Shown here one piece after another: positions 38,044-49,205 of a stretch of DNA of 64,000 nucleotides (positions are counted from its first letter, which is position 1; each line of letters starts with the position of its first letter). Position numbers and translations under genes: made by a program. The stretch is from Negaprion brevirostris (lineage: Eukaryota), in assembly GCA_030324005.1 (NCBI GenBank), contig JARDVH010000059.1, forward strand, positions 83,776,783-83,840,782. Direction: 5' to 3'. The notes under the pieces were generated by a model, which searched no databases, was not told the DNA's origin, and worked only from the letters and a program-made list of their open reading frames with translations.

Positions 38044-38628
38044 GGTCATTGCTCTTCTGTATGACCATGTTCTCTTGCACCTGAATGACCAGCCTGATTT
38101 ATGGATGGAAGGTGCCTTGCGGTTAATTGATCAGGAGTCCTGATCGCATTTTGTCATTTCTGTTGTCCTGCAGCGATAGCAAAATAATTGTTCAAGATTT
38201 TGATGCAAAATGAATGGAATGCAGTGGAATTTTTCTTTCATTTCTATAGAGGATATATTATCAATAGCACTCTAATTATGCTCATCTAACCTTTGAGTAT
38301 TTTCTTATAATAAATAGTAAGTGTGAATAATGGATCAGTTAAGGTGAGCAGGAGCCTATTGCTTATTAGTGACACTCAATGCTGTTGGCTCATTGCTGTA
38401 CAAGTCTTAAAGGATAAATATAATGCAGAGCCAGCCCCTCTCTTTGGGAGCTTTGCTGAGATTTACTGAATCTGCACTGAGTGCAGCAACTATCTGCCCA
38501 GGTCATTCTGTTCAGCATTTCCTTTCTTACAGTTCAAAACCCCGCAAAAAAAACAATCTAATTCATTTGTAATAAGTATATCGAGGGAATAGGTTTTTTA
38601 TTTTGCTTTTTAAAATTGATTTATTATT

Positions 38629-38751
38629 CACTTGATGAAGGAGCAGTGCTCCAAAAGCTCGTGCTACCAAATAAACCTGTTGGACTTTAACCTGGTGTTG
38701 TGAGATTATTTACTGTGCCCACCCCAGTCCAACACTGGCATCTCCACATCA
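38629..38751 (+). mobile_element. Short Penelope-like insertion with hammerhead motif and 12-bp target-site duplication
   Basis: TGATTTATTATT at 38617-38628 and 38752-38763 flanks cacttgatgaaggagcagtgctccaaaagctcgtg...aataaacctgttggactttaacctgg. Confidence 0.78.
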
Positions 38752-39080
38752 TGATTTATTATTGTCACATGTATTAACATACAATGAAAAATATTGTTTC
38801 TTGAGCACTATGCAGACTAAGCACACCATATAGAAAGAAAGGAGGGTGCAGAATGTAATGCTACAGTCATAGCTAAGGTGTAGAGAAAGATTAACTTAAT
38901 GCAAGGTAGGCCTATTCAAATGCCTGACAGCAGGGAAGAAGCTGTCCTTAAGTCAGTTAGTACGTGACCGCAGACTTTTGTATCTTTTTCCTGATGGAAG
39001 AAGTTGGAAGAGAGAATGTCTGGGGTATGTGAGGTCCTTAATTATACTGGATGCTTTGTTGAGGCAGCAGGAAGTGTAGC
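38752..39080 (-). mobile_element. Rex/Babar-like 3' end
   Basis: Reverse complement of the 5156-5560 family; a further copy lies at about 43772-44086. Confidence 0.8.
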
Positions 39081-39209
39081 CAGTTGGCATGGTCGATTAT
39101 ATAGAATTTTGCAACACAAACAGGCCATTCGACTTGTGTTTACACCCTAAATGAGCCCTTCCTATCCCTTTTTATTTCTTCCTACCTGCGCAATCTCTAA
39201 CATCAGTTT

Positions 39210-39672
39210 AGGGTGGCATGATGGCACAGTGGTTAGCACTGCTGCCTCACAGTGCCAGGGATCTAGGTTCAATTCCCAGGTCACTGTCTGTGCGGAGTCN
39301 NNNNNNNNNNNNNNNNNNNNNNNNNNNNNNNNNNNNNNNNNNNNNNNNNNNNNNNNNNNNNNNNNNNNNNNNNNNNNNNNNNNNNNNNNNNNNNNNNNNG
39401 GCACAGCGGTTAGCACTGCTGCCTCACAGTGCCAGGGATCTAGGTTCAATTCCCAGGTCACTGTCTGTGCGGAGTCGGCACATTTTTCCTTTATCTGCAT
39501 GGATTTCCTCCGGGTGCTGTGGTTTCCTTCCACAGTCCAAAGGTGTGCAGATTAGGTGTATTGGCCATGCTAAATTCTCCCTCAGTGTACCCGAGCAGAT
39601 GCCAGAGAGTGGTGACTAAGGGATTTTCGCAGTAACTTAGTTGAAGTGTAAGCCTTGTGACACTAATAAATG
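39210..39672 (+). mobile_element. HE1-like V-SINE (tail B) across a 100-N gap
   Basis: Head gggtggcatgatggcacagtggttagc; tail ccttgtgacactaataaa. Confidence 0.85.
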
Positions 39673-39839
39673 AAATACACAATCAATGCCACCCCTTTAT
39701 TTTAGGGTCACAAATTGGCTTGCTGCCTTTCCAACTACCCTTTGTCCAGAGATTGTGAAAGGTGCTATATAAATGCAAATTGCTCTTAATGAAGCAGAGA
39801 GGAGTGATTTGTGTAATCTTTCAATCAACAAGATTTGAG

Positions 39840-40135
39840 AATATTCAGCATCTCCACTTTCTGCCGATTCCCGTCTCCTCCAAGATCTCTGCAACTCCCC
39901 CAGATTGGGCCTCTTGCAAGTTCCCTGATTTTAATTACTCCACCTTTGGAGTGATTAAAGTGCCTGGGCCCTAAGCTCTGGAATTTCCCCCAATCAAGCT
40001 TTTTGACATCTGCTCTAATGTCGCCTTCGGTGCCTCAGTGTCAAATTTTGATTGATAATGCTCCTGTGAAGCAGCGTTGTTTGTTTCATTACCTTAATGG
40101 CACTACGTTAATGCAAGTTGTTGTTGTTGTTGTTG
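39840..40135 (+). mobile_element. L2 3' end with (GTT)n tail
   Basis: gcctgggccctaagctctggaatttcc...aatgcaagttgttgttgttgttgttg. Confidence 0.78.
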
Positions 40136-40433
40136 CAGACTCTGCACAGGCAGCGACCTGGGAATTGAACCCAGGTCCCTGGCGCTGTGAGGCAGCAGTG
40201 CCAAACACTGTGCCACCGTGCTGCCCTAAGCTGAAGTTAGAGGTTGCGCAGACAGGGAGAAATAAAGAGGAATAGGAAGAGGCTCATTTAGGGTATAAAC
40301 TCAAGTTGAATGGCCTGTTTGCATTGCAAAATTCTATATAATCAACCATGCCCACTGACTACACTTTCTGCTGCCTCGACAAAGCAGCCAGTATAATTAA
40401 GGGCCCCACTCACCCCGGATATTCTCTCTTCCA
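40136..40433 (-). repeat. Inverted duplicate of about 39004-39300
   Basis: Reverse complement aligns through the Rex fragment, the spacer and the SINE head in one piece. Confidence 0.85.
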
Positions 40434-40444
40434 CAAAGCTGCCT

Positions 40445-40775
40445 CTCGTTTGGATGTTCCATTGCACTGAAATGTTAAATTGAGGCCCTGCCTGCCTTTG
40501 CATGTGGACTTAAAAGATCCTGCAGCCAATATTTTGAAGAAGAACAGGGGAATTCCTTAAGGTTCTCCAGGGCCAGTTTGTGTCCCTCAACAAACATCAC
40601 TTAATGTGATGTTTGTGAAAGGATGATTTGGTTATTACCGCATTGCTGATTTTGGGAGCTTGCTGTGCACAATTTGGCTTACTGCCTTTCTAACTATCCT
40701 TCAGAAGTACCTCATTAGCTGTAAAGAGGCTTGGGGTGTCTGGAGATTGTGAAAGGTGCTATATAAATGCAAATC
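40445..40775 (+). mobile_element. Deu-SINE 3' two-thirds
   Basis: gttaaattgaggccctgcctgcc...taaaagatcc...gggagcttgctgtgcac...gtgaaaggtgctatataaatgcaaat. Confidence 0.8.
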
Positions 40776-41029
40776 CCTATAGATAAAGCAGAATTTCAAC
40801 AGAGAGGAGGGATGTATGTAATTTTTCAGCCATCAAGGTATGAGAATCAAGATTAAAGCAGCTGGGAAGGAGCTGAGCCGTTATAAAATCTGAGACTGTG
40901 CTCTGTCCGAAAGTGGGGGGGTAATTCTGAGCTGTAGTCTCTTGGCAGGTAAAGGAATCAGTAGAAACAACAGTCGTATTTTAAAAAAAAGTACTGTACA
41001 TTTATTGAGATTTTTAATTTGATACTGTG

Positions 41030-41770
41030 AAATTTCATGACCAGCGCTTTACCACCAATTAAGACTTTTTGATGTGTAGTCACTGTTATAATCATAGAAT
41101 CCCTACAGTGCAGAAGGAAGCCATTCAGNNNNNNNNNNNNNNNNNNNNNNNNNNNNNNNNNNNNNNNNNNNNNNNNNNNNNNNNNNNNNNNNNNNNNNNN
41201 NNNNNNNNNNNNNNNNNNNNNNNNNNNNNNNNNNNNNNNNNNNNNNNNNNNNNNNNNNNNNNNNNNNNNNNNNNNNNNNNNNNNNNNNNNNNNNNNNNNN
41301 NNNNNNNNNNNNNNNNNNNNNNNNNNNNNNNNNNNNNNNNNNNNNNNNNNNNNNNNNGAATTGAACCTGTGTCCCTGGCGCTGTGAAGTAGCAGTGCTAA
41401 CCACTGTGCAACCGTGCCTTCCAAATAATGTAGGCAATCTGGAGACCGATTTGCACACAGCAAGCTCCCACCAGTAGCAGTATGGTAATGAGCAGATAAT
41501 CCATTTTAGTAACATCACTTGAGGGGAAAACATTGACTGGACACCAGGAAGAACTCTGAGTAGTGTCATGTGAACTTATACATCCAGCTAAGAGGCAGAT
41601 AGTTCCTTGATTTCAGAATTTGTTTGGAAGACGGTACTTTCAGCAGTGCAGCTCTTCCTCAGTACTGCACTAGAGTGACAGCCGAGATTTTGTTTCTGGA
41701 GTGGGACATGAACCCTTAACCTTTTGACTCAGAGGCGAGAGTTCAGCCCACTGAGTGATCGCTGACACTT
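41030..41770 (-). mobile_element. Deu-SINE interrupted by a tail-A V-SINE (about 41092-41418, partly N)
   Basis: tgtagtcactgttataat| SINE |aatgtaggcaatc...ggagtgggacatgaacc...gactcagaggcgagag. Confidence 0.8.
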
Positions 41771-42009
41771 CAGATACCAATTTTATTTCACATTGAAAAC
41801 ACTTGTTAAATTAAACCAATTTTTTCTTAAAATTAAAACCTTTCTCAGAACAAATGTTATAAATAATCTAACCTATCTTTGCTAATGATCTTTGTAATAA
41901 ATAGCCTATCCATCAGTTTGAATTCTTGAATTGGTGTAGATTAAATGTGGAGCCGCCCCTTGAAGGCACCAACTTATCAAAACCTGGGCTGTGAATTAAC
42001 GTTATTCTT

Positions 42010-42149
42010 TAAAATAAAAAGCAAATTACTGCAAATGCTGGAATCTGAAACCAAAAGAGAAAACGTTGGAAAATCTGAGCAGGTCTGGCAGCATCTGTAA
42101 GGAGAGAAAAGAGCTGACGTTTCGAGTCCAGATGACCCTTTGTTAAAGC
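42010..42149 (-). mobile_element. Penelope-like terminal fragment with hammerhead motif
   Basis: Minus strand gct-ttaacaa-agggtc-atctg-gactc-gaaa-cg-tc-agc followed by ttctctcc...cagatgctgccagacctgctcag. Confidence 0.75.
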
Positions 42150-42779
42150 ATTTTTTTTGCGCTGATCTCCATTCTTTCCTGTAATCTCAGCCAGTAGATT
42201 TGGAGGACTCCTTTGTGAGGAACTACAGTGAGTTACCACTGTTGCTGCTACAGTTATGAAAGGGTAAAAACACTTGCAATGGCCCCTCAGATGGCAGAAC
42301 AGTCGCAAACAGTAATTGGCATTGGCAAATTGTACAAGTTAGGAGACACTTGGAAATCTCTTGTCTCTAGTGAGGCTTTGTCCCAACTCTATTTATCTCT
42401 TTGTAACCCATTTCTGACCTCAATGTACTCAAAGAGGGGTATATCTGTCACTAGTGATTGCAGTTGTCACAAGCAGATTGCATAGCTTGCCAAGGTGGAG
42501 GAAAATACACAAAGCTATTGTTTGCTGGCTGAGGTGTTGCAACAGTTCTCACTTCTTGCACTCTGCAAACGTTTTGTTTTAATAACATCCAAAAATAACA
42601 TTATTTAGTTAGCTGATGTTTTGTAATCTAATAAAAATTAATTGTTTGTGGCCTTAATGCATAATTTATTGAGAAGGGATCTCATCGAAACTCAAATTTC
42701 ATATATGTTTCATAGAAAAAATTCATGCTGTCAAAGTTTTTCATTTTGCACTCATCAGGAATTGTTGTTCACTTGGTAG

Positions 42780-43428
42780 GGAATATTTAGTCTAAAAGCC
42801 CACATGATGATATGTATTGAAAAGCAAGTTTCTCTTAAAGTTTTTTAATGGGAGNNNNNNNNNNNNNNNNNNNNNNNNNNNNNNNNNNNNNNNNNNNNNN
42901 NNNNNNNNNNNNNNNNNNNNNNNNNNNNNNNNNNNNNNNNNNNNNNNNNNNNNNAGTTTTTTAATGGGAGGGATGTCCTTAAGGAATGTTGTCAATCTAA
43001 GGTAATGAAATATGCTTACCATGAAGGCTTAGAATGCAATTGTAGTTCCAGAAGATGGAAACTTGAATTCCTTATTTCTAGAATGCTTGTAATTGACAGA
43101 TGCAAAGCATACAGGATTATTTAAGATTTTGAATGGAAAGAGGTGAGCGAGTCGGGGAACACTTTTTTTAAAGGAGAACTAGGGTTTGCGCGTGTGGATA
43201 AAATTTGTGATTAGTTTAAGTACTTAACCTTCAACTTATGGACATACTGTTGTTTGCACTGGTCTGTTTGTTTCTTTTGCAAATCATTTTCCAACTGGAC
43301 CCCTTTTGGGAAGACAACTTTAACATTTGTGACGCTTTCCACTCTGCAGTGTCTTCATTCAGGGGGGCGGGAGAGGAGTGGTGTGGTGGTGGTGGTGTGT
43401 GGTTGCGAATAGTGGATGATTGCAATTG
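42780..43428 (+). repeat. Copy 1 of an old local direct duplication
   Basis: Colinear with about 45588-46081. Confidence 0.88.
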
Positions 43429-45587
43429 GTCAGGGCAGTCCATTAAAGTGCTCTTCATATTTACAGCTGAAGGGCCAACACAGGGACCTAGGAGCTTTGG
43501 TATTCTTTCAAATTCCTCTTGATGAGTTCTGTACTACCAAGTGACTATATATCCAGATGTATATAGGGCCTTGGCAGGATGAATATTGGCAGATTGCTCA
43601 CCTAGGTGGAGGAAGGGGGGAGACCTAGAACAAGAGGAGTCACAGTCTCAGAAAAAGAGGTCACCCATTCAGGACCTGTGTGATAAATATCTTCATAGGG
43701 AGCATTGCGGGTCTTTGGAATTCTGCATCCCCAAGGGCTGTGCATGCTATGTTCTGACTATGTTCTTTCACTTTTTTGATTTATTATTGTCACATGTATT
43801 GGGACACAGTGAAAAGTATTGTTTCTTACGTGCTGCCCAGACCAAGCGTACATTCTTAGAGTATATAGGGGAGAAGGAAAGGAGAGGGTGCAGAATGTAG
43901 TGTTACAGTCATAACTAGGGCGCAGAGAAAGATCAGCTTAATGCGGGGTAGGTCCATTCAAAAGTCTGATAGCAGCAGGGAAGAAGATGTTCTTGAATCA
44001 GTTGGTACACGACCTCAGTCTTTTGTATCTTTTTCCTGATGACAGAAGGTGGAAGAGAGAGTGTCCGGGGTACTTGGGTCCTTGTTNNNNNNNNNNNNNN
44101 NNNNNNNNNNNNNNNNNNNNNNNNNNNNNNNNNNNNNNNNNNNNNNNNNNNNNNNNNNNNNNNNNNNNNNNNNNNNNNNNNNNNNNNNNNNNNNNNNNNN
44201 NNNNNNNNNNNNNNNNNNNNNNNNNNNNNNNNNNNNNNNNNNNNNNNNNNNNNNNNNNNNNNNNNNNNNNNNNNNNNNNNNNNNNNNNNNNNNNNNNNNN
44301 NNNNNNNNNNNNNNNNNNNNNNNNNNNNNNNNNNNNNNNNNNNNNNNNNNNNNNNNNNNNNNNNNNNNNNNNNNNNNNNNNNNNNNNNNNNNNNNNNNNN
44401 NNNNNNNNNNNNNNNNNNNNNNNNNNNNNNNNNNNNNNNNNNNNNNNNNNNNNNNNNNNNNNNNNNNNNNNNNNNNNNNNNNNNNNNNNNNNNNNNNNNN
44501 NNNNNNNNNNNNNNNNNNNNNNNNNNNNNNNNNNNNNNNNNNNNNNNNNNNNNNNNNNNNNNNNNNNNNNNNNNNNNNNNNNNNNNNNNNNNNNNNNNNN
44601 NNNNNNNNNNNNNNNNNNNNNNNNNNNNNNNNNNNNNNNNNNNNNNNNNNNNNNNNNNNNNNNNNNNNNNNNNNNNNNNNNNNNNNNNNNNNNNNNNNNN
44701 NNNNNNNNNNNNNNNNNNNNNNNNNNNNNNNNNNNNNNNNNNNNNNNNNNNNNNNNNNNNNNNNNNNNNNNNNGTTATTTTTAGAAGAAGGGGCAGCAAA
44801 GAGAAAATGAACAAGGGACATTACGAATGGCGGTGAGGGGAAGGAATGGAATTCTCAGGGAATAAAAACATTAGTCACTGGGGATAAAATAAGAAAATTA
44901 CAGCTAAGTGATGAAGGGAAATAAAATGAAGGTAAATTAAATGTGAAGGTTACAATCGAAAGATAAATAAAGGTGGCGGGAGAGTGTAAAGCCATCCTGC
45001 GATTGCAGAAATAGTAAAATAACGGTATTTCAAAAGCGTCGCATCTTATCATGAGATGTTTGGGTATTTTGTGCCACCTTGTTTTTATATGCTATCAGTC
45101 ATTTCCAGGAGCTGTATTGCCTCGACCATAATAATTGCTTCTATGTGGATGTACCTAATTAAATAATTTAATTGTTTTCTTTGCTTCACGACGGTAAGAT
45201 CCTAAGTCACAGTTTTCACAATAATTGCAACTGAACTGAAGGGAAGGTGAGGACGTGAAGCATTTATCCTCCAGTGAAAATTCACATTTGTCTATTCTCA
45301 ATTTTTGTAGCCCACTTGTGAATTATTGCTCCTTCTCTGAGCAGCGTTGTATTGTTCTGTCTGACGCAGCACAAACATTCATTTTTTTTGTCTTTGTCCA
45401 CAGTGTATTTGACCTGTGATGTAAAACAAATGGTTAAATATAAAAATCGACAGCAGCAAAATGTCCTCACTGCTGCATATCTGTAGAGGAGAGCCTCTTG
45501 ATGTGGTGTTTGAATCTTACTTGATTCATGCCCAATTTTTTGTTACTCTGTCCATTTAATCAATGGGATTTGTTGGTGGGATTTGTG

Positions 45588-46081
45588 GATATTTGGTCTA
45601 AAAGCTCATATGTTGCCATGTTTTGAAAAGCAAGTTCCTTTTAATTTTTTTTGGGAGCAAATGCCCTTGAAGAATGTTGTTAATGTAAGGTAATGAAATA
45701 TACTCATCAGTGAAGGCTTCGAATGCAATTGTAGTTCAAGAAGACGGAATCGTGAATCTTATATTTCTAGAATACTTGCAATCAGCAGGTGCAAAGCAAT
45801 ACAGGGTTGTTTAAGATTTTGAGTAGAAAAAGATGCACGAGTAGGGGAACACTTTTTCTTAAAGGGGGAAGTAGGGTGGATATTTTTGGTGAGTTAATCT
45901 TCAGTTTATGAGCATACTGTTGCATGCACTAGTCTGTTTGTTTCTTTTGCAAATAACTTTCCAACTGGATCCCTTTTGGGAAGCCACCCTTAAAATTTGT
46001 GATGTTTTCCACCCTGCACTGTCTTCACTCGGAGGTGGGGGTGGGGGGGGGGGGATTGTGAATGGTGGATGATTGCAATTA
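45588..46081 (+). repeat. Copy 2 of an old local direct duplication
   Basis: Shared blocks include aaggtaatgaaatat, gaatgcaattgtagttc, ctgtttgtttcttttgcaaat and gtggatgattgcaatt. Confidence 0.88.
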
Positions 46082-46190
46082 ATAAGAGGANNNNNNNNNN
46101 NNNNNNNNNNNNNNNNNNNNNNNNNNNNNNNNNNNNNNNNNNNNNNNNNNNNNNNNNNNNNNNNNNNNNNNNNNNNNNNNNNNNNNNNNN

Positions 46191-46480
46191 CTGAGTGAGA
46201 TCTTTGATCTTTCAATTCTGGCCCCTTGTGCAACCTCAATTTTAATTACTCCACTACTGGTGGATGTACCATCAGCTACCAAGGTTCTGAGCTTGCAGTT
46301 CCCTCCCTAAACTCCTCCACCTTTCTCCCTCCCCCTGCCTTTAAGATACTCATTAAGAGTGACCTCTTTGACCAAGATTTTGGGCATCCATCCAAATATT
46401 TCCTTATGTGGCTCAGCATGACATATTGTTGACAACGCTCTGTGAATCTCTATTTTGGATGTATTTTCTGTAATGAAGGC
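46191..46480 (+). mobile_element. L2 3' tail
   Basis: ttccctccctaaactcctccacc...ctttaagatactc...acctctttgaccaag. Confidence 0.7.
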
Positions 46481-47151
46481 TAGCATCTTTTGCTCCTATA
46501 GAAGATGCAGAAAGAAACAGGAAGGCCTGAGAATCTGGTGGGTTGGCATCAGGACCGATACCCAATCTCTTCCTGCCTCCATTGGTATTAAGCTCTGGGT
46601 GGGAAGAACCATGATCGACTTTTTCTACCTTGCCTCTACTTGAGTCCCTAAATCGACCAATTAATGACCACGTAACGGCCTGTTCTGGCCTCTGTTACAA
46701 TCTTCTCAACTTGCTCGAGTCACACGTGGCCTGCGCGACTGGTAACGCTGCGTAGGCTTCATATCAGCTGGATGGTGCAGGGAGAGGGAATAGTCTCTCG
46801 ATAATTGAGGGCTGAAAGTCATCATCCTGCCTTTGCTATTGGTGCACATTGCCACCCTTTGCTTATGACTCCACTCCCTCTCCCACAACATTTACCATTT
46901 TCTGGGCTTCTCTATGACTGTGGGACTCCAGGTGTTGTTGGCTCAGTTGCAAATGTGGTCTCTTCTATTGCGTTGCCGTGAGCTAAAGCTGCTGACCTCT
47001 GAGTGGTCAGCAGCTGTTGGTAGGTGGGTTGTTATCTTCGGGGTCTTCAGTCTGATAGATGGCCTCCGCGATCCACTCAACTGCCCGATGGGCAGATGGT
47101 ATCGTGGGAAATCCTCCTCACAGTCTGAGCTGACACATTTCTGCTTTCTTT

Positions 47152-47440
47152 AAAAATTTATTTATTAGTGTCACAAGTAGGCTTACATTAACACTGCATT
47201 GAAGCTACTGTGAAAATCCCCTACTTGCCACACTCTGGCGCTTGTTCGGCTACACTGAGGGAGAATTTAGCATGGCCAGTGCACCTAACCAGCATGTCTT
47301 TGGGATTGTGGGAGGAAGCTGGAGCACCCGGAGGAAACCCACGCAGACATGGGGAGAATGTGCAGACTCCACACAGGTAGCGATTCAAGCCAGGAATTGA
47401 ACCTGGGTCCCTGCTGCTGTGAGGCAGCAGTGCTAACTAA
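47152..47440 (-). mobile_element. HE1-like V-SINE (tail B)
   Basis: tttattagtgtcacaagtaggcttacattaacactgc...ggaattgaacctgggtccctg..gctgtgaggcagcagtgctaac. Confidence 0.9.
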
Positions 47441-48913
47441 TTTGATCACTTGATAAAGTCAACCTCCTCTTCCCTGTCAAAGCCCACTTTGTACCTCTCA
47501 GCTGTGTTGTGGCTATCATGGAGGGCTTTGGAAGCAGTATTCTGCACTATCCCTTTTTATTGACAAAATGTATGTTTCGTCGTTTAATGAAAATCTGCTA
47601 TCCTTACCCAATTTGGTCTACGTGTGACTCCAGACCCACAGCAATGTGCTTAACTCCCATTTGGTGTGGCCCAGAAAGCTACTCAGCTTGGTCAATTAGG
47701 GATAGGCAACAAATGCTGGCTCTGCCAACGACACCCACATTCTCTGAAAGAATTTTGATAAAGCCAGTGAACAGACCAGGATTTGATCCGCTCGCAGTGG
47801 AGAGAGTGCTGGTCTCAACAGAAGTGATGATTAGGGCGACACACTGGCCCACCATAACTGCATCACGAAGGGGATAACTTGGCACTGTGGAGAGAGAGAG
47901 AAAGAGAGTGCCAATTCCAGAATGCCCCTTAAGTGCTCAATTTTCTCTTGATGCGATCTTCGAGAGCGACTATCTCACCTCGGATTGTTGAGGGAGATGG
48001 CATATATAATAACTGCCTAGTCCTCTGTTCTCATCTGATTTCAGCAAGAGTCCATTGGTTGCAAAGATCCCTGGATACTGACCAAGGACGGAAGCTTTGG
48101 TTGATTTCTCCCGCCTCCCACACACTCTCCACCGTGCACACTTTATTCCCTAACTTAAGAAATGTTGAGCCCAATTCTATAGCTTTAACCCTCACACAGC
48201 TGGAGACCAACCCACTGAAAATTGAACAAAAATCTTGCTGTTCTATGTGCCCTGTCTATTTGGCTCGACATAAGGTGGGTAATGAGTTCAAAAGCAACCT
48301 TTAACATCAAATTTATTTAGAATTTATTTTGATTGCTAAACAAACATTTGGCAAAGAGAGAATTTTGCAGTTGAATAAAAGCAATGTGAAATTTCAAATC
48401 AAACAAAGAAACGTCTTGGAAAAGTTCCAAATGATTAACAATCCCAGATTTTAGTGTGATTGTATATTTGCCTTGTTTCTGTTCCTACTTTATAAATGTG
48501 GTAGTTAAGTGTTTGTGATAGTTTAATTCTGGACAGGCTGTCCTATTTTGACTGTGCCCCCTTTTGGAGTGCAAATTCTTAGTTTCCCTGATAAGCATGG
48601 TATATTTGGCTGAATTAAGTGAGGTTGCTTTTTGTAGCACAGTGTGTCTTTAAGCCATGGGATTTAAGGAATGAAGCAAAATGTCAGATTAAATCGAGGG
48701 TATTTGAGAGCAAATATCTAGATTTCACAAATGCTTTACACCAAAGCAAAAATAGAACTGCAGGTGGAACAGCTGTCTGGGTCTCTGATAGTTTTCAAAG
48801 TGTATGTGAATCGATCACTGCGTATTGAAATTTGTCAAATCAAAAGTAATGCAGCATTTTTTTCCCATATAGGCCAAAATGACGTTGAACCACCAAGTCT
48901 GCTGCAGATAAAA

Positions 48914-49205
48914 ACACAGCGGTCAGCACTGCTGCCTCACAATGCCAGGGACCCGGGTTTGATTCCTGGCTTGGGTGATTGTCTGTGTGGAGTATGCATG
49001 TTCTCTCCATGTCTGTGTGGGTTTCCTCTGGGTACTCCGGTTTCCTCCCACAGTCCCAAAGACACGCAGGTTAGGTGCATTGGCCATGCTGAATTCTCCC
49101 TCAGTGTACCAGAACAGGTGCTGGGGTGTAGCGACGAGGGGATTTTCATAGTAACATCATGGCAGTGATAATGTAAGACTACTTGTGACACTAATAAATA
49201 AAGTT
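48914..49205 (+). mobile_element. HE1-like V-SINE (tail B)
   Basis: cacagcggtcagcactgctgcctcac...acttgtgacactaataaataa. Confidence 0.9.

Noticed and set aside
43933-44836. Long ORFs of 250-316 aa here and at 59794-60807, and others containing X runs
   Set aside because: Their length comes from N runs and low-complexity sequence.
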